From Lytechinus pictus (lineage: Eukaryota): 64,000 nt of DNA. Below are positions 46,967 through 61,227 of this stretch, piece after piece. The stretch is taken from positions 9,240,001 to 9,304,000 of the forward strand of contig NC_087249.1 of assembly GCF_037042905.1 (NCBI RefSeq), given 5' to 3'. Each line of letters starts with the position of its first letter. Within the stretch, counting starts at the first letter, position 1. Position numbers and translations under genes: made by a program. The notes below the pieces were generated by a model. The model was not told the DNA's origin. It worked only from the letters and a program-made list of their open reading frames with translations, and searched no databases.

Positions 46967-49228
46967 CTTCATAGTTACAGATGAAGACAACCTGTCTTTA
47001 ACGACCAATTTGCACGTTTCCTCTGAGTGGCCATAACAGATCAATTTCACTTTACAACTTATTAGCAAGGATACCTTCTGATAAGTTTGCCTTGACCAAT
47101 CTAAGAACACCAAAGTGCAGGTAGTTTTTTTTCACCATATATTGAAAAGGGAAAATGATTATTGTACTACGATATTGTTTTAATTGCAAATGTTTATTAC
47201 AGGTGGTAAGAAGTATGTTTGGCAATAAAATGAACCACCTGGCCAATTCCCTGAATTATGTGTGCCCAACCCCTATTTGTGGGACCTTCTAGAGAAAAAA
47301 AAATATTTTTTTTCTACTTTACATGAAAGTCTGTAATTCTCTCAAAGGCTACATTACATGTTCTTCTGCCACAAATTGCTCTGGGGCCCCGTTTCATAAA
47401 GAATTACAACTGTTGTAACTTTGCCATAATGGCAACTACCATGGCAACAGGGCTCAGCAGTCAATCAAAATCAAGGTTACCATGGTAGTTGCCATATAGT
47501 TGCCATAATGGCAAAGTTACAACAGTTGCAACTCTTGGGCTCTGGGCTGTGTTTTGACCAAAATGTAGGGTTTGGGTTAGGCTTGTAATAGGGTTTTATG
47601 TTTAGGTTAGGGTTGGGATTAAAGAACTTTAGGGTAGGGTATAGGATTGAAGTTAGTTCAATTGGGGTGTGGAATTTGTAGCGGAGCAATTTTTACTGTC
47701 CAGAGCAAATGTCATGGATTCCCTCTCGAATGATCATGACATCATGAAGTAAGAATAAAGAAAAAAGCTAGGGTTGGACATAGTAAAAGGTTGATTTATT
47801 TCATGGAATTGCCCACCTGCAGTTCTACATATTTACAGTTCTACTGTTTTAGTAACTGGTTCAGGGTTCTTATCAAGGTTTAGTAAAAGGATAATGGGCT
47901 GTACTTACAGCTGATAAATAGGGTCAAGGCAATTAGTAGATTGATTTTTCCCATTAAATATATTGAAAGTTTATTATTTTCTTATGCCTTGGACAATATT
48001 CATAGCCGTATTTTGACCTATAGAGTGATGAAAATATAATTTATTGAAAGAAATGAATTGGCTGAACCCATTTCATACTTCAATATTCTTCAATGAATTT
48101 CTCTCAATGTTGATTGATATTTGAATTATGCTTCAAGAAAGTAACACCTATATTAACTATTTATATTGAAAGCAAATTCCCTTTGACTAGAAATAATGTG
48201 GAGGTATTTATTTAATGGCATTATAATGCATAAATAAAAAGATCCATAAATAACAAAAATAATGTGAAAAATGGAATAGCCATTCATTCTTACTTAGTTT
48301 TAATTAGGATATAAACATCACAATTTGGAAATGTGTTTTATTTTAAGAATCATACATGTAGGTTGAACAACCCCCTTCGTCAGCATCATGTTGTTTTTCA
48401 TGGAAAATCCTGATTCAGGTGCTGCCAGTATAGTCAATCATGGCTTCGTGTTCATTTATGCTTACAGTTAAACATGTTACCAGAAGTGGAAAAATTGAAT
48501 GAACAAAGCAAGTCTGTCAGTGTCCTAGCATTTGAAATGCAGAATGTTTGACTATGTGCAAATGAAATGTAAACAGAACAAAGTGGAAGATATGCAGATG
48601 ACTTTTGCTTCATGATTCTAGAGAGATTTTGTAGTATGTACATGTAGATTTGTTGATAAGAAATTGTAAGTCTAATGAATCAGTACTTTTATCATTTCAT
48701 GTGGATACCACATAGATTGGGGTGTAAAAAAAAAGAATAAGATAAACAAAATAGATCCAAATTGCAGTGACATGTCCAGTAAGTATGGCATGCCAATGGT
48801 ATCAGTAAGACTGAGAAAAAAAAGGAAGATTCATAAAAAAATCCCCCATAGTTTATTGTATAAATATTTCATCGAAAGGGTTAATTCTGTTAACTTGAGA
48901 CTTTTATTTGGTCACCACTTCATTGAGATCGAGAGATAAAGAGAGAGGGGGGGGGGGAGATGAGAGTGAAATCCATATACATGAATTCAAATATGGAATT
49001 GGTGGCCTTATATAGGTTGATGCAATGTAAGTGAATCTTCTTCTTGGTGAAATGCACACCTAGTTCAAAGAAATTCATCATAGTGGTGATGTGTAGTACC
49101 GTAAATCAAAACCCTGTCTAATATGTGCTATCATTAAAATGGAAATTCAAGTAGACTTTTGCTGAGATGAGCGCAGATACATAAATCCTTGCCATCTTTC
49201 AAAATACAGGTTACAATGTCACAAATGT

Positions 49229-49365
49229 GGAGCGTTGTGGCCCAGTGGATTAGTCTCCGGACTTTGAAACAGAGGGTTTTGGGTTTGAATCCTAGCCATG
49301 GCATAAATTCCTTCATCAAGAAATTTATCCACATTGTGCTGCACTCGACCCAAGTGAGGTGAATG
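49229..49365 (+). mobile_element. tRNA-derived SINE, 5' part
   Basis: A box TGGCCCAGTGG, B-box-like GGTTTGAATCC, then cactcgacccaagtg core. Confidence 0.75.
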
Positions 49366-52003
49366 AACGCTTTAGCGCCTGTTAAAGGAAACCAAAACCC
49401 AAAAAGAAGAGAAGCAATCTTATTGGAAAGAGTAAAACAAAAGGAACAATTTAAAACAAGTTTCATCAAAATCGGTTATGAAATAGGCAAGTTATATGGA
49501 TGTTTGAAAAGTCTTGTACTTTCTATGGGGTTCCTCAAATTGGCAAACATACTTCAAAATGGCTGATCTTTTGTGGACAACCCTCTATTTGTTTTGTACA
49601 CAAATTTTTAGAATTTCCCCTTTATTTTACAGCATTTCACATCTCCTCCTGACCTTGACATATGTGGTGTGAATTATATTTTCCCATGGCATATGTTGTG
49701 CTCAGAATAAGGCAATATGCGACTTAAAACTAATAATACTGGAAACCAGTTTAACGTGTAATGAGAATGGTCGAAGCGGTCTTTGAAGCAATCTTCCAAA
49801 CCGGTTTGGAAAACCACCTTGCGATGTATTTTTAAAGATCACTTTGCCTCGTTAAACCTTGTTTGCCTGGTTTTAGCGTGAGGACACAACCGTTCTTCGG
49901 GAAGCGATCTTCGCACCTGTTGTGTGTAGAATGCCTACGCTGCGGTTCAAATTTCGCGCGAAACTGAGAGTGTACCGATAGCAACAAGGTCACTTTCCGT
50001 GAAATAGTTTTGAAAAACACTTTTGGGTGATCAAATGGAACGCTAGCAAAGCGATTTTCCAAACTGGTTTCCTGAACCATTAGATTTTATGACTGTAATG
50101 AGAAGTGTCTCTGATTCATCCTCCTACTTGGAAGGACCGAGGTATCATCTTTGTTGATGGATTAATGGTTTCTTTGAAACTAAGACAGAGATCTGGGGAT
50201 AAGTAGAGGTTAATGTTCGCTGAAGTAGGGTGCAGGTTACCCCAAGGCCCAAAGATTTCAAGAATTTCTACGATACTCATTTCATCAAGTAAGCACAGAC
50301 TTGTATTTGACACTCAAACCAATTATACCATGTCTGGAGTGAAGACTAGATGCCCAAGTTTTCTGTGTGGTCAAACAGGGACGTGAGAGGGGGACCTTTG
50401 TAGAGCCAGCCACAGTACATAGGGGATCTAGTCTCACTAATTCAGACTCTGCATTATGCACTATGCGAGATTGCGAAAACCAAGGTTATGTGCCTGCAGA
50501 ATAACATTAATGAATGAGTGTATGTATTTTTTTTTCCGGGGGGGGGGGGGTTATCCAGTGTTGATTTAAGGGATTACATTTCTTTTAATATACATGTATA
50601 TCAAAATTGAAAATCTGTTTTGGTTCTTTACTATTCATGTAAAATTTCTTTGAATTTCATGACATTTATTTTTTTTTTGCTGCCTACATTTTGGATGTCA
50701 AATCTGAAATTCAATTTTAGCTCTCCTCTAGTCTGAAACAAAATTACAGGTTTTCAGAAAAAAAACAGACCATTATTTGAAACGGAAAATCACTGCCCCT
50801 ACATAGGGTTGTGTAAAAAGTCGTCATGGAAACTTTCAAGTAGAATCGATGGATATTCTAGCTGTAATATTGAACAACAGCTTGTCATTGTATACACAAT
50901 AATTAGATTGATCTATGTACTGGTATTGTGATGTGTGTCAATATTTTAACAAAGAAGAAATAGTTGTGGTTGAATAGTTTTGGTTAACCATGCACAGACT
51001 CGTGTAATATGTCCTAATTTACCAAAAATACAATGCAAGGAAATTTTCATGAAATGTTATGATTAGTTATTTCATTTCTGGAAATAGTAACTCTGTATGT
51101 GTGTGTGCATGGGGGGGGGGGGGTGTTTCACACATGCTACTTTCCCCTTTGATCAGTTTTATCTCTTTGTTATTCTCCCTCTTATCCTTCATTTCTCCTC
51201 CCTCATCTTCTTTCACCTCATTCTACTTCTTAATTGCTATGAGTCATTATAATAATGTTATGCCTGACCATTTTATAATGACTTTAAAGCCATTGATTCT
51301 CGAGCCTTCACGGAGGATTATTATATTATTACGCCTACTCAACATAATAGGTTTATCAAATAGGATGATATCCCTTGTGATTCTATTGTTTGGCTGTATT
51401 TTATGTGCATGATTTGCAAATGTATTCAGGTCCAGTATTTTTGTATGCAAAGCCAGAACAACAGTTTCCAATGAACTATGAAGGCATTACACATTTGAAC
51501 AATCTTCAAATAAAGAAAAAAAATGTTTTTGTTAAACCTAGTATTGAAATTAATCCTTATTTTTTAAATAAAATGTGAATACTTCTGTTTTTTGTGATGT
51601 TTGATTACTATATTTATAGCTTTTTACATTGTATAAACATAGCATTATGTATGTGGTGGATTGTATATATTTGGTAATATTATAAATTCCTATTTTTATT
51701 TTACATGTGCTTGTCTGTGCTGTATCAATGTACCGTCCCATTTCAATATCACTCGTGATTAATCTTCTGTTACCCTACCTACAATATGTCTGAAATTTGT
51801 GCGCTTTTTGGAATGGATCTTAGTCAATAGTAGTTGGGTTTTATACTAAATATGATATTTGTGTCTGTGCACAAATCCTCAAAGTGAATTAAGTTTGTTT
51901 GGTTTTTTATTTGTCATTTTCTCTTGTATTGCATATTTATCAGAACTTGTGATGATTGCATTTTTGTGTGTGAATACTTGAGAGAAAGTCAAAGAGGTGT
52001 TAA

Positions 52004-52481
52004 AGGAGAAGTTCACCCTGATAAAAAGGTGATTGTAAAAATAGAAAAAATAATGAAATTATTGCCAAAGGTTTGAGAAAATTCCATCAAAGAAAATTTA
52101 TTTGAATTCTTATTATTTGATTTTTGACGTCATATGCGAGCAGCTTTTCTTCATATCGTATGGTAAAAAAATCCATGAAATGTCATTTTCTCAGAAAATT
52201 GAAAAAGGTTTTTACTGTATACCTTCAGTATATCAATAGACAAATCATTTCATACCCGTTCTTACAACGAAAACAAAAATAAGTCATCATAAATCATTAA
52301 AAAATTGAAATGCATTTTATATTACATAACATATGGGTTAGCTGCTCATTTATGACGTCACAAATCCAAAACTTGACATTCTAATAATTTAATATTTAAT
52401 GGATTTTCCTCAAAGCCTTCACCAATATTTTTTTTTTCTGCCATTTTCACAACAAACTTTTCTTCAGGGTGAACCCTCCTT
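52004..52481. mobile_element. TTAA-targeting MITE (third subfamily)
   Basis: ttaaaggagaagttcaccctga ... tcagggtgaaccctcctttaa. Confidence 0.8.
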
Positions 52482-52896
52482 TAACATGGTTAAGTTCATG
52501 TCATTGCATTGTAACCAGGGGTCTGTTTCACACAAATTTTGGTAAAGTTGTGAGTGACTTTGCAATAGACTGAAATATGGCAAGCCAATTCGGCGTATCA
52601 ATCGTATTTAATCACAAATCCATCAGTTGAAATTTGCTGATGTTCATATTATTAACACACATTGCCAATGTAAAGCATTTTAGATGAAAGTATTAGAATA
52701 TTGTCAAATTTAAAAAAAAATCATTTTAGCACTTCATATTGTATTTGTACATACAGCCATGCATATTCTGTTTCAATGTAACTTTATCAGCCTGTCTGTG
52801 CCCCCTTTACCTTTGCAATGCCTCCTTTAAATATATCTTTAAAGCACTCTATAATCATAAGAGAAGTCATTTAAAAAGTCATTAATCCAACTCCAC

Positions 52897-53114
52897 GGGC
52901 GGATCCAGGATTTTCCAAAGGAGGGGGGGGGGATTTTTACCCGAAAATTTTGACAACCCCCCAAAAAAGTATTCACTACCTAATCGATGTCATTTTGCTC
53001 CATGAACAATTTGACAAGCAAAAAAAAGGTCATCACGCCGATGAATGACATATTTTGAAAAAATAAAATGGGTGCCTCTCAAAGGGGAAGGGGGGGGGGC
53101 TGGATCCGCCACTG
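52897..53114. mobile_element. Short GC-terminal MITE
   Basis: gggcggatccagg ... gctggatccgccactg. Confidence 0.55.
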
Positions 53115-53844
53115 AACTGCCCAACTCTCTTTCATTCCGTGATAACATTAGAGATGCTTGCTTGTGATGTGTCAGATTTCTTGAATACTCGTCAAGTTTT
53201 GATAGTTACGATGGAGTTTCAAAACTAGATGGAATGAAAATTCCAGGAAAAAACTTTTGAACATCAATTATTAAACGTTATATACTTGTACTCTCCACAT
53301 CCTTGCACGCAGACTTAGATGAAACAAGAAAGTACTTCAACCTCTTTCAATTCTGCTTTCAAGAAAGACAACAAAAAATATAGCCTTCCAGTTCCCAAAG
53401 CTTTCATATACTAGTACTTTAACTACGAAGCATGGGCCACTCAGAACCAGAGCTATCTCGAGACCTTAACTGCTCAAATTAATTAACCAGGATGCATTGC
53501 AACATTTTGTCCATTACGTTTCTGTGATATATGCCCTCTAGAATAATACCCTACACATTTGTACCACAACATTGTGCAAAGAAACTAAAGTAATATGAAT
53601 TTAGTATGCTTCCAGTTCTCTCTGCTTTTCAATATGGATCAAAATGACCATCATGGTTTTTAAACCTATAAATTCATAATGTATTCCAATTGTTTATTAA
53701 AACGGCGTCATTGTGAACATAATTAAATGCTTTGTATTAACAAAAAACAAGTGCACAATTAGTTAGCAAGAACGCTTAAAGCATTTCCATTTACTTGATA
53801 AATGGATACAAGACACTGCAAGAGCTCTGTCGATTAAATGCTTG

Positions 53845-53914
53845 AACACGGGCCGGGGATCGAACCCGGACTTGCAAGCGTCTAATGGCATGTGCTTTCG
53901 ACCACGGCACCTCC
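53845..53914 (-). mobile_element. Isolated tRNA-like SINE head
   Basis: Minus strand GGAGGTGCCGTGGTCGAAAGC...GGGTTCGATCCCCGGCCCG; no proper cloverleaf. Confidence 0.5.
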
Positions 53915-56760
53915 ATTCCCCTCCTTTCCATGCACATCCTCAACCCCCCCCCCTCTCCCACTCTCTCTCTCTATCACCATTCAGCCATCCCATCATGCAG
54001 TGTACATGCCCCAAACGCCCCCTCCACTACTACTCTACCCCAAATTTGCATGTCAGCCGTCTCTGACAGCCACTTGTAGATTTTTGACAACCCTGTCCTC
54101 TTCACAATCATCTGATAAAGAAAGTGGAACCAGCCTTCCAGGAAATCCTCATGACCTTCGCTTTCAACCACTCATCATATTCATAATCGTTAATGATAAC
54201 ATATATTGATTGGTTTATAAGTATCATCATAAATCAATCATTACTATATAGGCTAATCATTACATCACTTTCCGTTTTCAGAATGATATCGTATATGGCT
54301 TGAAAAGGGATCTTAATTAAAACTTAAAATACAATGTTGACTCTTAATCATGAAAATATATCTTTCTGTCAATTAACGAATGGTAATAATTTCCTTAAAA
54401 ACTTGAAAATGTAATTTGATATTAATTTATTTTACAAAATTCGAAATATGAGTTCAAATAAGCAATGTAGTTATAAAATAATATATTTGATATTAAACAT
54501 TTTTTAAATAGATTTTTATATTGAAAAGGGGGTCATTTTAGATTTCAAACACATCCTCCATATTCAACTTTCTTACAAATGTTTGATTGTAAAAATGAAT
54601 GAAGAGTGTTTGTATCTCCTCTATCAAATCAACGCGTGATGAGAGCCCTTAACAATTTAACCAGAAAAAATATGTATTTCAGAACTGTTTATAAAAATTA
54701 ATGAAGAGTAACGTATCAATATGCTAATCAGCAGCTAGAAATATGCGTTTGAAAAATATATATTTTGAGGTCTGTGTTGGAATTCTTGTAAAGAATAAGT
54801 ATATCACTAATCAAAAGTTGGCACGAATATTCATCCTTGGGTAAAAAAAAATGCAAGAATCATTTTCTAAATGAGTTGGAAACTGCATTACCATTGTAAC
54901 ATCATAGGACGGAGGTATTTCCTTCAGTGGTATTCCTTTTCTGCGTCTTTATTCCTTAAGTTTGCCTTTTTTTTGGTTTATTTTTGGTTTTCATTTTCTT
55001 TATTTGCGCTCCCTTTCATTTTTTTGCACCCCCCTGAAAGTTGCGCCCGGGGCACGTGCCCCCCTTGCCCCTCCCTAGATCATGTAGATACGTTACTGTG
55101 TGTAGGCCCATGTTTGCATCAATCATTTACCTTATCGTACGACTGACACCGCCCTTATAATGTCAAGTGTTCCACCAATCGACTTTAAAAATTATCCATC
55201 TATCAAGACAAAGAATTAACTCAGTCAGTCTTCTATCAATTAATCAAATTACTAATCATCTCTGTCAGATGCTACGTGTGATTCTATACCATAGACTCGT
55301 TACCTATCGTCTTCACCTATTGATGTACTTTCATTTTCAAATGAAATACCTTGTTATACTTTTGCCCTACTTTTTTTTAATCCATGTTGCCAACCGATAT
55401 TGGTTTTTGAAGATCGGTGGCGTGATGAGCCCCCAAAAAATATTGCGGGGCCAAACATGGGACAAAAATTCGCGAGCGAGCAAAAAAGATATATACCTTT
55501 TGATACGAACAGCTAATTCTGAGATAGATTTTGACTATTATATTTAGCCAAAAAATATAACACCTAACCTTTCATATTTATTTTCCAGGTTTTTTTCTCG
55601 TTTCTTCAACTTTTGGGGGCAGAGCCTACTTCCTATAATAGCTCTCATTTTATACGTCAGTGCGAAAGACAATACATGTATCGATGATTTTTCCATGAGC
55701 AAATACTGTGTGTTATCGAGACATACTATCCTTTTTTTAAAGAGTGAAAATGTGTTCACTCTTCTAAGTATTTTATTTTTAAAGTGTACATTAGAGGGAA
55801 CTTAGCGTGAATTATGTAGGGCTTAATGGCGCTTGTGAAATGAATTTTTCAGGGTTTCCTCTTGAAACATCATTGCATGCACTAACAGCATAAGCCCCCC
55901 CCCCCCCTCGCCCTACTAAGATTTTTGGCAAAGTTCCACAGTTAAAACTCAATCCCTTAGACATCAGTGACCTTGTCGACAGCCAACGTGTTTAAGTCAA
56001 TGCAGAGTACTTGTCATATTTGTTCATTCATTGAATAAAACAATTATCAAATTGATAGTTCATCACCATGAAAACAGATGTAATTATCGTCAACGAAGTC
56101 CCCCTTTCAGGCTTCAATTTTTAACTAATTAATGCTCCCGGGTTCGATTTGTAATACTTGGTGAAATTCATGCGCAATGAAATGAAACATTTCTCCGAAA
56201 CGGAGTTGACTCGAGACCTGGGAATTAATCCACGAAATTAAACCCTGTGGAGCTCTGATAAAATACATTAGTCATATTTGCCAATTAGTAACAGTAAGGA
56301 AAATATAATAGATTGTGAATAATAAATTAATACACAATGTCGATATCTTTATTGATCATGTACCATTAATTTTCGATGTAATCGTCAACTCAAATCTAAA
56401 AACAGTAAATTTTAATTTTTTTATACAACGCTGTTTACTATATGAACCTTACAGTAGTTGTTTAAACACTTTAAACAAGTGTATTAAATCTTCAACAACA
56501 AAGACTAATTTCTGATACATAATGCTCATTGAAATAATGAAGCATATAGTTGTTTAAACTGTTAAACAATTACTACTGTAAGGTTCATATAGTAAACAAG
56601 TATATAAAATCTTAAAGGACAAGTCCACCCAAACAAAAAGTTGATATGAATAAAAAGAGAAAAATCCTACAAGCAAAACACTGAAAACTTCATCTAAATC
56701 GGATGTAAAATAAGAAAGTTATGACATTTTAAAGTTTTGCTTAATTTCACTAAACAGTTA

Positions 56761-59700
56761 AGGCCACCGCACACCTTACGACCCGACCAGTCGCCGACTG
56801 GCTTGCGACTGGGTGAGGGGAGATGTGACGTCACAGCTCTTGTCAGCTTCGAGTCGCAGACCGGTCAAAGACAAGTCGCAAGGAAAATCGGAAGGATTTG
56901 ACATGTCGAATCCTTATGACTCGATCGCAAGCTCAATCCAAATTCCAGCCAATCAGACAGCAGAGTTGCACGACGCGTATATGATAAACAACGCGCATAC
57001 GCAGTAGTAAACGCATTCTCTTTGTTGTTATGCCAAAAAGCAAAAAGCGCATGCGTGAGTCGCAAATCGGATCGCAAGGTGTGCGGTGTCGTGGCTTATG
57101 ACTACCTTGCGATTCATCTCCCCTCTCTCAGTCGCAAGCCAGTCGCCGACCAGTCGGGTCGTAAGGTGTGCGGTTATGAGGCGCCGAATGTACCAATATT
57201 ATATAGAACAATTATTTGTTATATAATCATTATTTATTAAATAATAACTATTATTTATATATAATTTACATTTTATTTGTAAATAACTACTATTATATAA
57301 AATATCATTTCTAATTATTTATATATAATTCCAAGTAATACTTCATTATTTGTAAATAATAATAGTTCGACATTCCATTATTTATAAATAATGATTACTT
57401 GTTTTTCATTATTTATAAATAATGATTATTTGTTTTTCATTATTTATAAATAATGATTATTTGTTTTTCATTATTTATAAATAATGATTATTTGTTTTTC
57501 ATTATTTATAAATAATGATTATTTGTTTTTCATTATTTATAAATAATGATTATTTGTTTTTCATTATTTATAAATAATGATTATTTGTTTTTCATTATTT
57601 ACAAATAATGATTATCTGTTTTTCATTATTTATAAATAATGATTATTTGTTTTTCATTATTTATAAATAATTTGTTGAGTTTTCCATTATTTATAAATAA
57701 TGATTATTTGTTAAATAATGAAAACGTCTACTTCATTATTTATAAATAATTTTTTCGAGTGCACCATTATTCTCATTATTTATAAATAATCATTATTTAA
57801 TGTTCGAGTTTTCCATTATTTATAAATAAAGATTATTTGTTAAATAATGAAATATCTACTTCATTATTTATAAATAATAATTTTGTTTCAATATCCCATT
57901 ATTTATAAATAATCATTATTTATAAACAATTTTTACAGTTTGCCATTATATACAAATAATCATTATTTATATACAAATAACCATTATTTATTAAATAATG
58001 CCATTATTTATTAAATAATGCCATTATTTATTAAATAATGCCATTATTTATTAAATAATGCCATTATTTATTAAATAATGGAAAACTCGCTATAACATGC
58101 AAATGTGGGACCGCCCATGATATGAATATTCATGATGCGATTTCCTTTTTCGTGATTTTTCTTCACAAATTTTTGTCCATTTCCTCTTCATAATGACATT
58201 TCTTGAAGCAATTTTCTAGGGATATGGTCTGATTGTAATATTCTTCATTTTCTATATAACTTCGTCTTCGTAGAAATATCAAAAAGTGTAATTTTATACG
58301 ATTTTTCCTACAGTTCACAATCCCCATAGGCGCGCGTGTACGGTAGGGACCAGTAGGGACAACCGGTGAATCGACGGAGTGCTCTTCATCGAAATACTAC
58401 GTTGGTTGGTCCCCGGAAGTGGCGGGCGGAATTTAGCCCGAATCCTCGATGGAAGTCGGTCAAGTGCATATGAGCTGAGAGAGTGAAATATCAGTGTACT
58501 TGTACAGGCCCTTCTACTTTTTATAAATATTTCTTGTTGCTTTTTTTGTTAAGTTAATTTTTCCTGGTGTAGAGATAAGTTTCAGTTCTAATAATGCACT
58601 TCAAATACATTTTGGAGTGTCTGTTTGAGGCGTTTGGGGCGATTTCACCCTGGCCCCAAAATGCTCGCAACGACAATACGGGGGCATGATGACCCCTAAA
58701 TTTTTAAAAACTTATTTTTCTATTGAAAATTATCACAAAATTCACCAAAAGTGTGCACGAAAGCCTTCGTATTTCACTTTTAAAACTCCGAAAAGTGCCC
58801 AAATGACAAGCTTGGTCGCTTCGCTGTGTCGCTTTCAACTTGAGAACGTTTACGCGTCTGCTCCCCCCCCCCCTCCTCCGAAAGAAATTCTGTATACGGC
58901 CATGCTCTAAAGAGCCTGGCACATTGATTTATGTATGCTTTCATTTTCATTATTTTTATCTCATTATCAACATGGCCTTACGCAGAATTTTTTCCAGGGG
59001 GGCCGGGGCCGCGGAGCATCACGCGCATAAAGTTTCTCAAAAAAATCTTGAAAGCGAGACAGCCACGGGACCAAGCCCAAATGACAAGCTTTGTCGCTTC
59101 GCTGTCTCGCTTTCAACTTGAGAACGTTTACACGCGTCTGCCCCCACCCCCCGAAAGAAATTCTGTGAACAGCCATGCTCAAAAGAGCATATGGCACATT
59201 GATTTATATGTACTTTTCATTTTCATTATTTTCATCACATTATCATCATGGCCTTACACAGAATTTTTACCGGGGGGGGGGGGGCAGCTAGGACGCGCGT
59301 AAAGTTTCTCAAAAAAATCTTGAAAGCGAGACAGCGACGCGACCAAGCTCAAATGACAAGCTTGGTCGCTTCGCTTTCTCAAGATTTTTATGAGAAAGTT
59401 TACGCGCGTCCTGCTCCCCCCACCCCCCCCCCGGAAAAAATTCTGCGTAAGGCCATGATGATAATGAGATAAAAATAATGAAAATGAAGTATACATAAAT
59501 CAATGTGCCAGGCTCTTTAGAGCATGGCCGTATACAGAATTTCTTTCGGAGGAGGGGGGGGGGGGGGGGATCGAAGCAGACGCGTAAACGTTCTCAAGTT
59601 GAAAGCGACACAGCGAAGCGACCAAGCTTGTCATTTGGGCACTTTTTGGAGTTTTAAAAGTGAAATACGAAGGCTTTCGTGCACACTTTTGGTGAATTTT

Positions 59701-61227
59701 GTGATAATTTTCAATAGAAAAATAAGTTTTTAAAAAATTAGGGGTCATCATGCCCCCGTATTGTCGTTGCGAGCATTTTGGGGCCAGGGTGAAATCGCCC
59801 CAAACGCCTCAAACAGACACTCCAAAATGTATTTGAAGTGCATTATTAGAACTGAAACTTATTTCTACACCAGGAAAAAAAGCAACAAGAAATATTTATA
59901 AAAAGTAGAAGGGCCTGTACAAGTACACTGATATTTCACTCTCTCAGCTCATATGCACTTGATCGACTTCCATCGAGGATTCGGGCTAAATTCCGCCCGC
60001 CACTTCCGGGGACCAACCAACGTAGTATTTCGATGAAGAGCACTCCGTCGATTCACCGGTTGTCCCTACCGTACACGCGCGCCTATGGGGATTGTGAACT
60101 GTAGGAAAAATCGTATAAAATTACACTTTTTGATATTTCTACGAAGACGAAGTTATATAGAAAATGAAGAATATTACAATCAGACCATATCCCTAGAAAA
60201 TTGCTTCAAGAAATGTCATTATGAAGAGGAAATGGACAAAAATTTGTGAAGAAAAATCACGAAAAAGGAAATCGCATCATGAATATTCATATCATGGGCG
60301 GTCCCACATTTGCATGTTATAGCGAGTTTCCATTATTTAATAAATAATGGCATTATTTAATAAATAATGGCATTATTTAATAAATAATGGCATTATTTAA
60401 TAAATAATGGTTATTTGTATATAAATAATGATTATTTGTATATAATGGCAAACTGTAAAAATTGTTTATAAATAATGATTATTTATAAATAATGGGATAT
60501 TGAAACAAAATTATTATTTATAAATAATGAAGTAGATATTTCATTATTTAACAAATAATCTTTATTTATAAATAATGGAAAACTCGAACATTAAATAATG
60601 ATTATTTATAAATAATGAGAATAATGGTGCACTCGAAAAAATTATTTATAAATAATGAAGTAGACGTTTTCATTATTTAACAAATAATCATTATTTATAA
60701 ATAATGGAAAACTCAACAAATTATTTATAAATAATGAAAAACAAATAATCATTATTTATAAATAATGAAAAACAGATAATCATTATTTGTAAATAATGAA
60801 AAACAAATAATCATTATTTATAAATAATGAAAAACAAATAATCATTATTTATAAATAATGAAAAACAAATAATCATTATTTATAAATAATGAAAAACAAA
60901 TAATCATTATTTATAAATAATGAAAAACAAATAATCATTATTTATAAATAATGAAAAACAAATAATCATTATTTATAAATAATGAAAAACAAATAATCAT
61001 TATTTATAAATAATGGAATGTCGAACTATTATTATTTACAAATAATGAAGTATTACTTGGAATTATATATAAATAATTAGAAATGATATTTTATATAATA
61101 GTAGTTATTTACAAATAAAATGTAAATTATATATAAATAATAGTTATTATTTAATAAATAATGATTATATAACAAATAATTGTTCTATATAATAATGGTA
61201 CATTCGGCGCCTCATATGCGGTGGCCT
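56761..61227. mobile_element. PIF/Harbinger-like MITE with TTA TSD; right TIR interrupted by the foldback element
   Basis: aggccaccgcacaccttacgacccgacc... / ...ggtcgtaaggtgtgcggt[insert]tgcggtggcct; TTA on both sides. Confidence 0.85.
57175..61216. mobile_element. ~4.0-kb non-autonomous foldback DNA transposon (near-complete palindrome; TAT...ATA ends; 6-bp TSD TGCGGT)
   Basis: tatgaggcgccgaatgtacca / tggtacattcggcgcctcata ends; arms ~1.85 kb; TSD at 57169-57174 and 61217-61222. Confidence 0.92.

Noticed and set aside
47560..47650. Interstitial telomere (TTAGGG-like)
   Set aside because: Only a few degenerate units inside a dispersed repeat fragment.
57340..58085. CRISPR-like periodic array of ~31-bp palindromic repeats
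   Set aside because: Units are head-to-tail with no unique spacers, there are no cas genes, the context is eukaryotic, and the array is part of a foldback transposon arm.
58686..59751. Cluster of overlapping ORFs in the foldback centre as a possible transposase
   Set aside because: Short, mirror-duplicated by the palindrome, interrupted by G/C homopolymers and lacking DDE or DNA-binding motifs.
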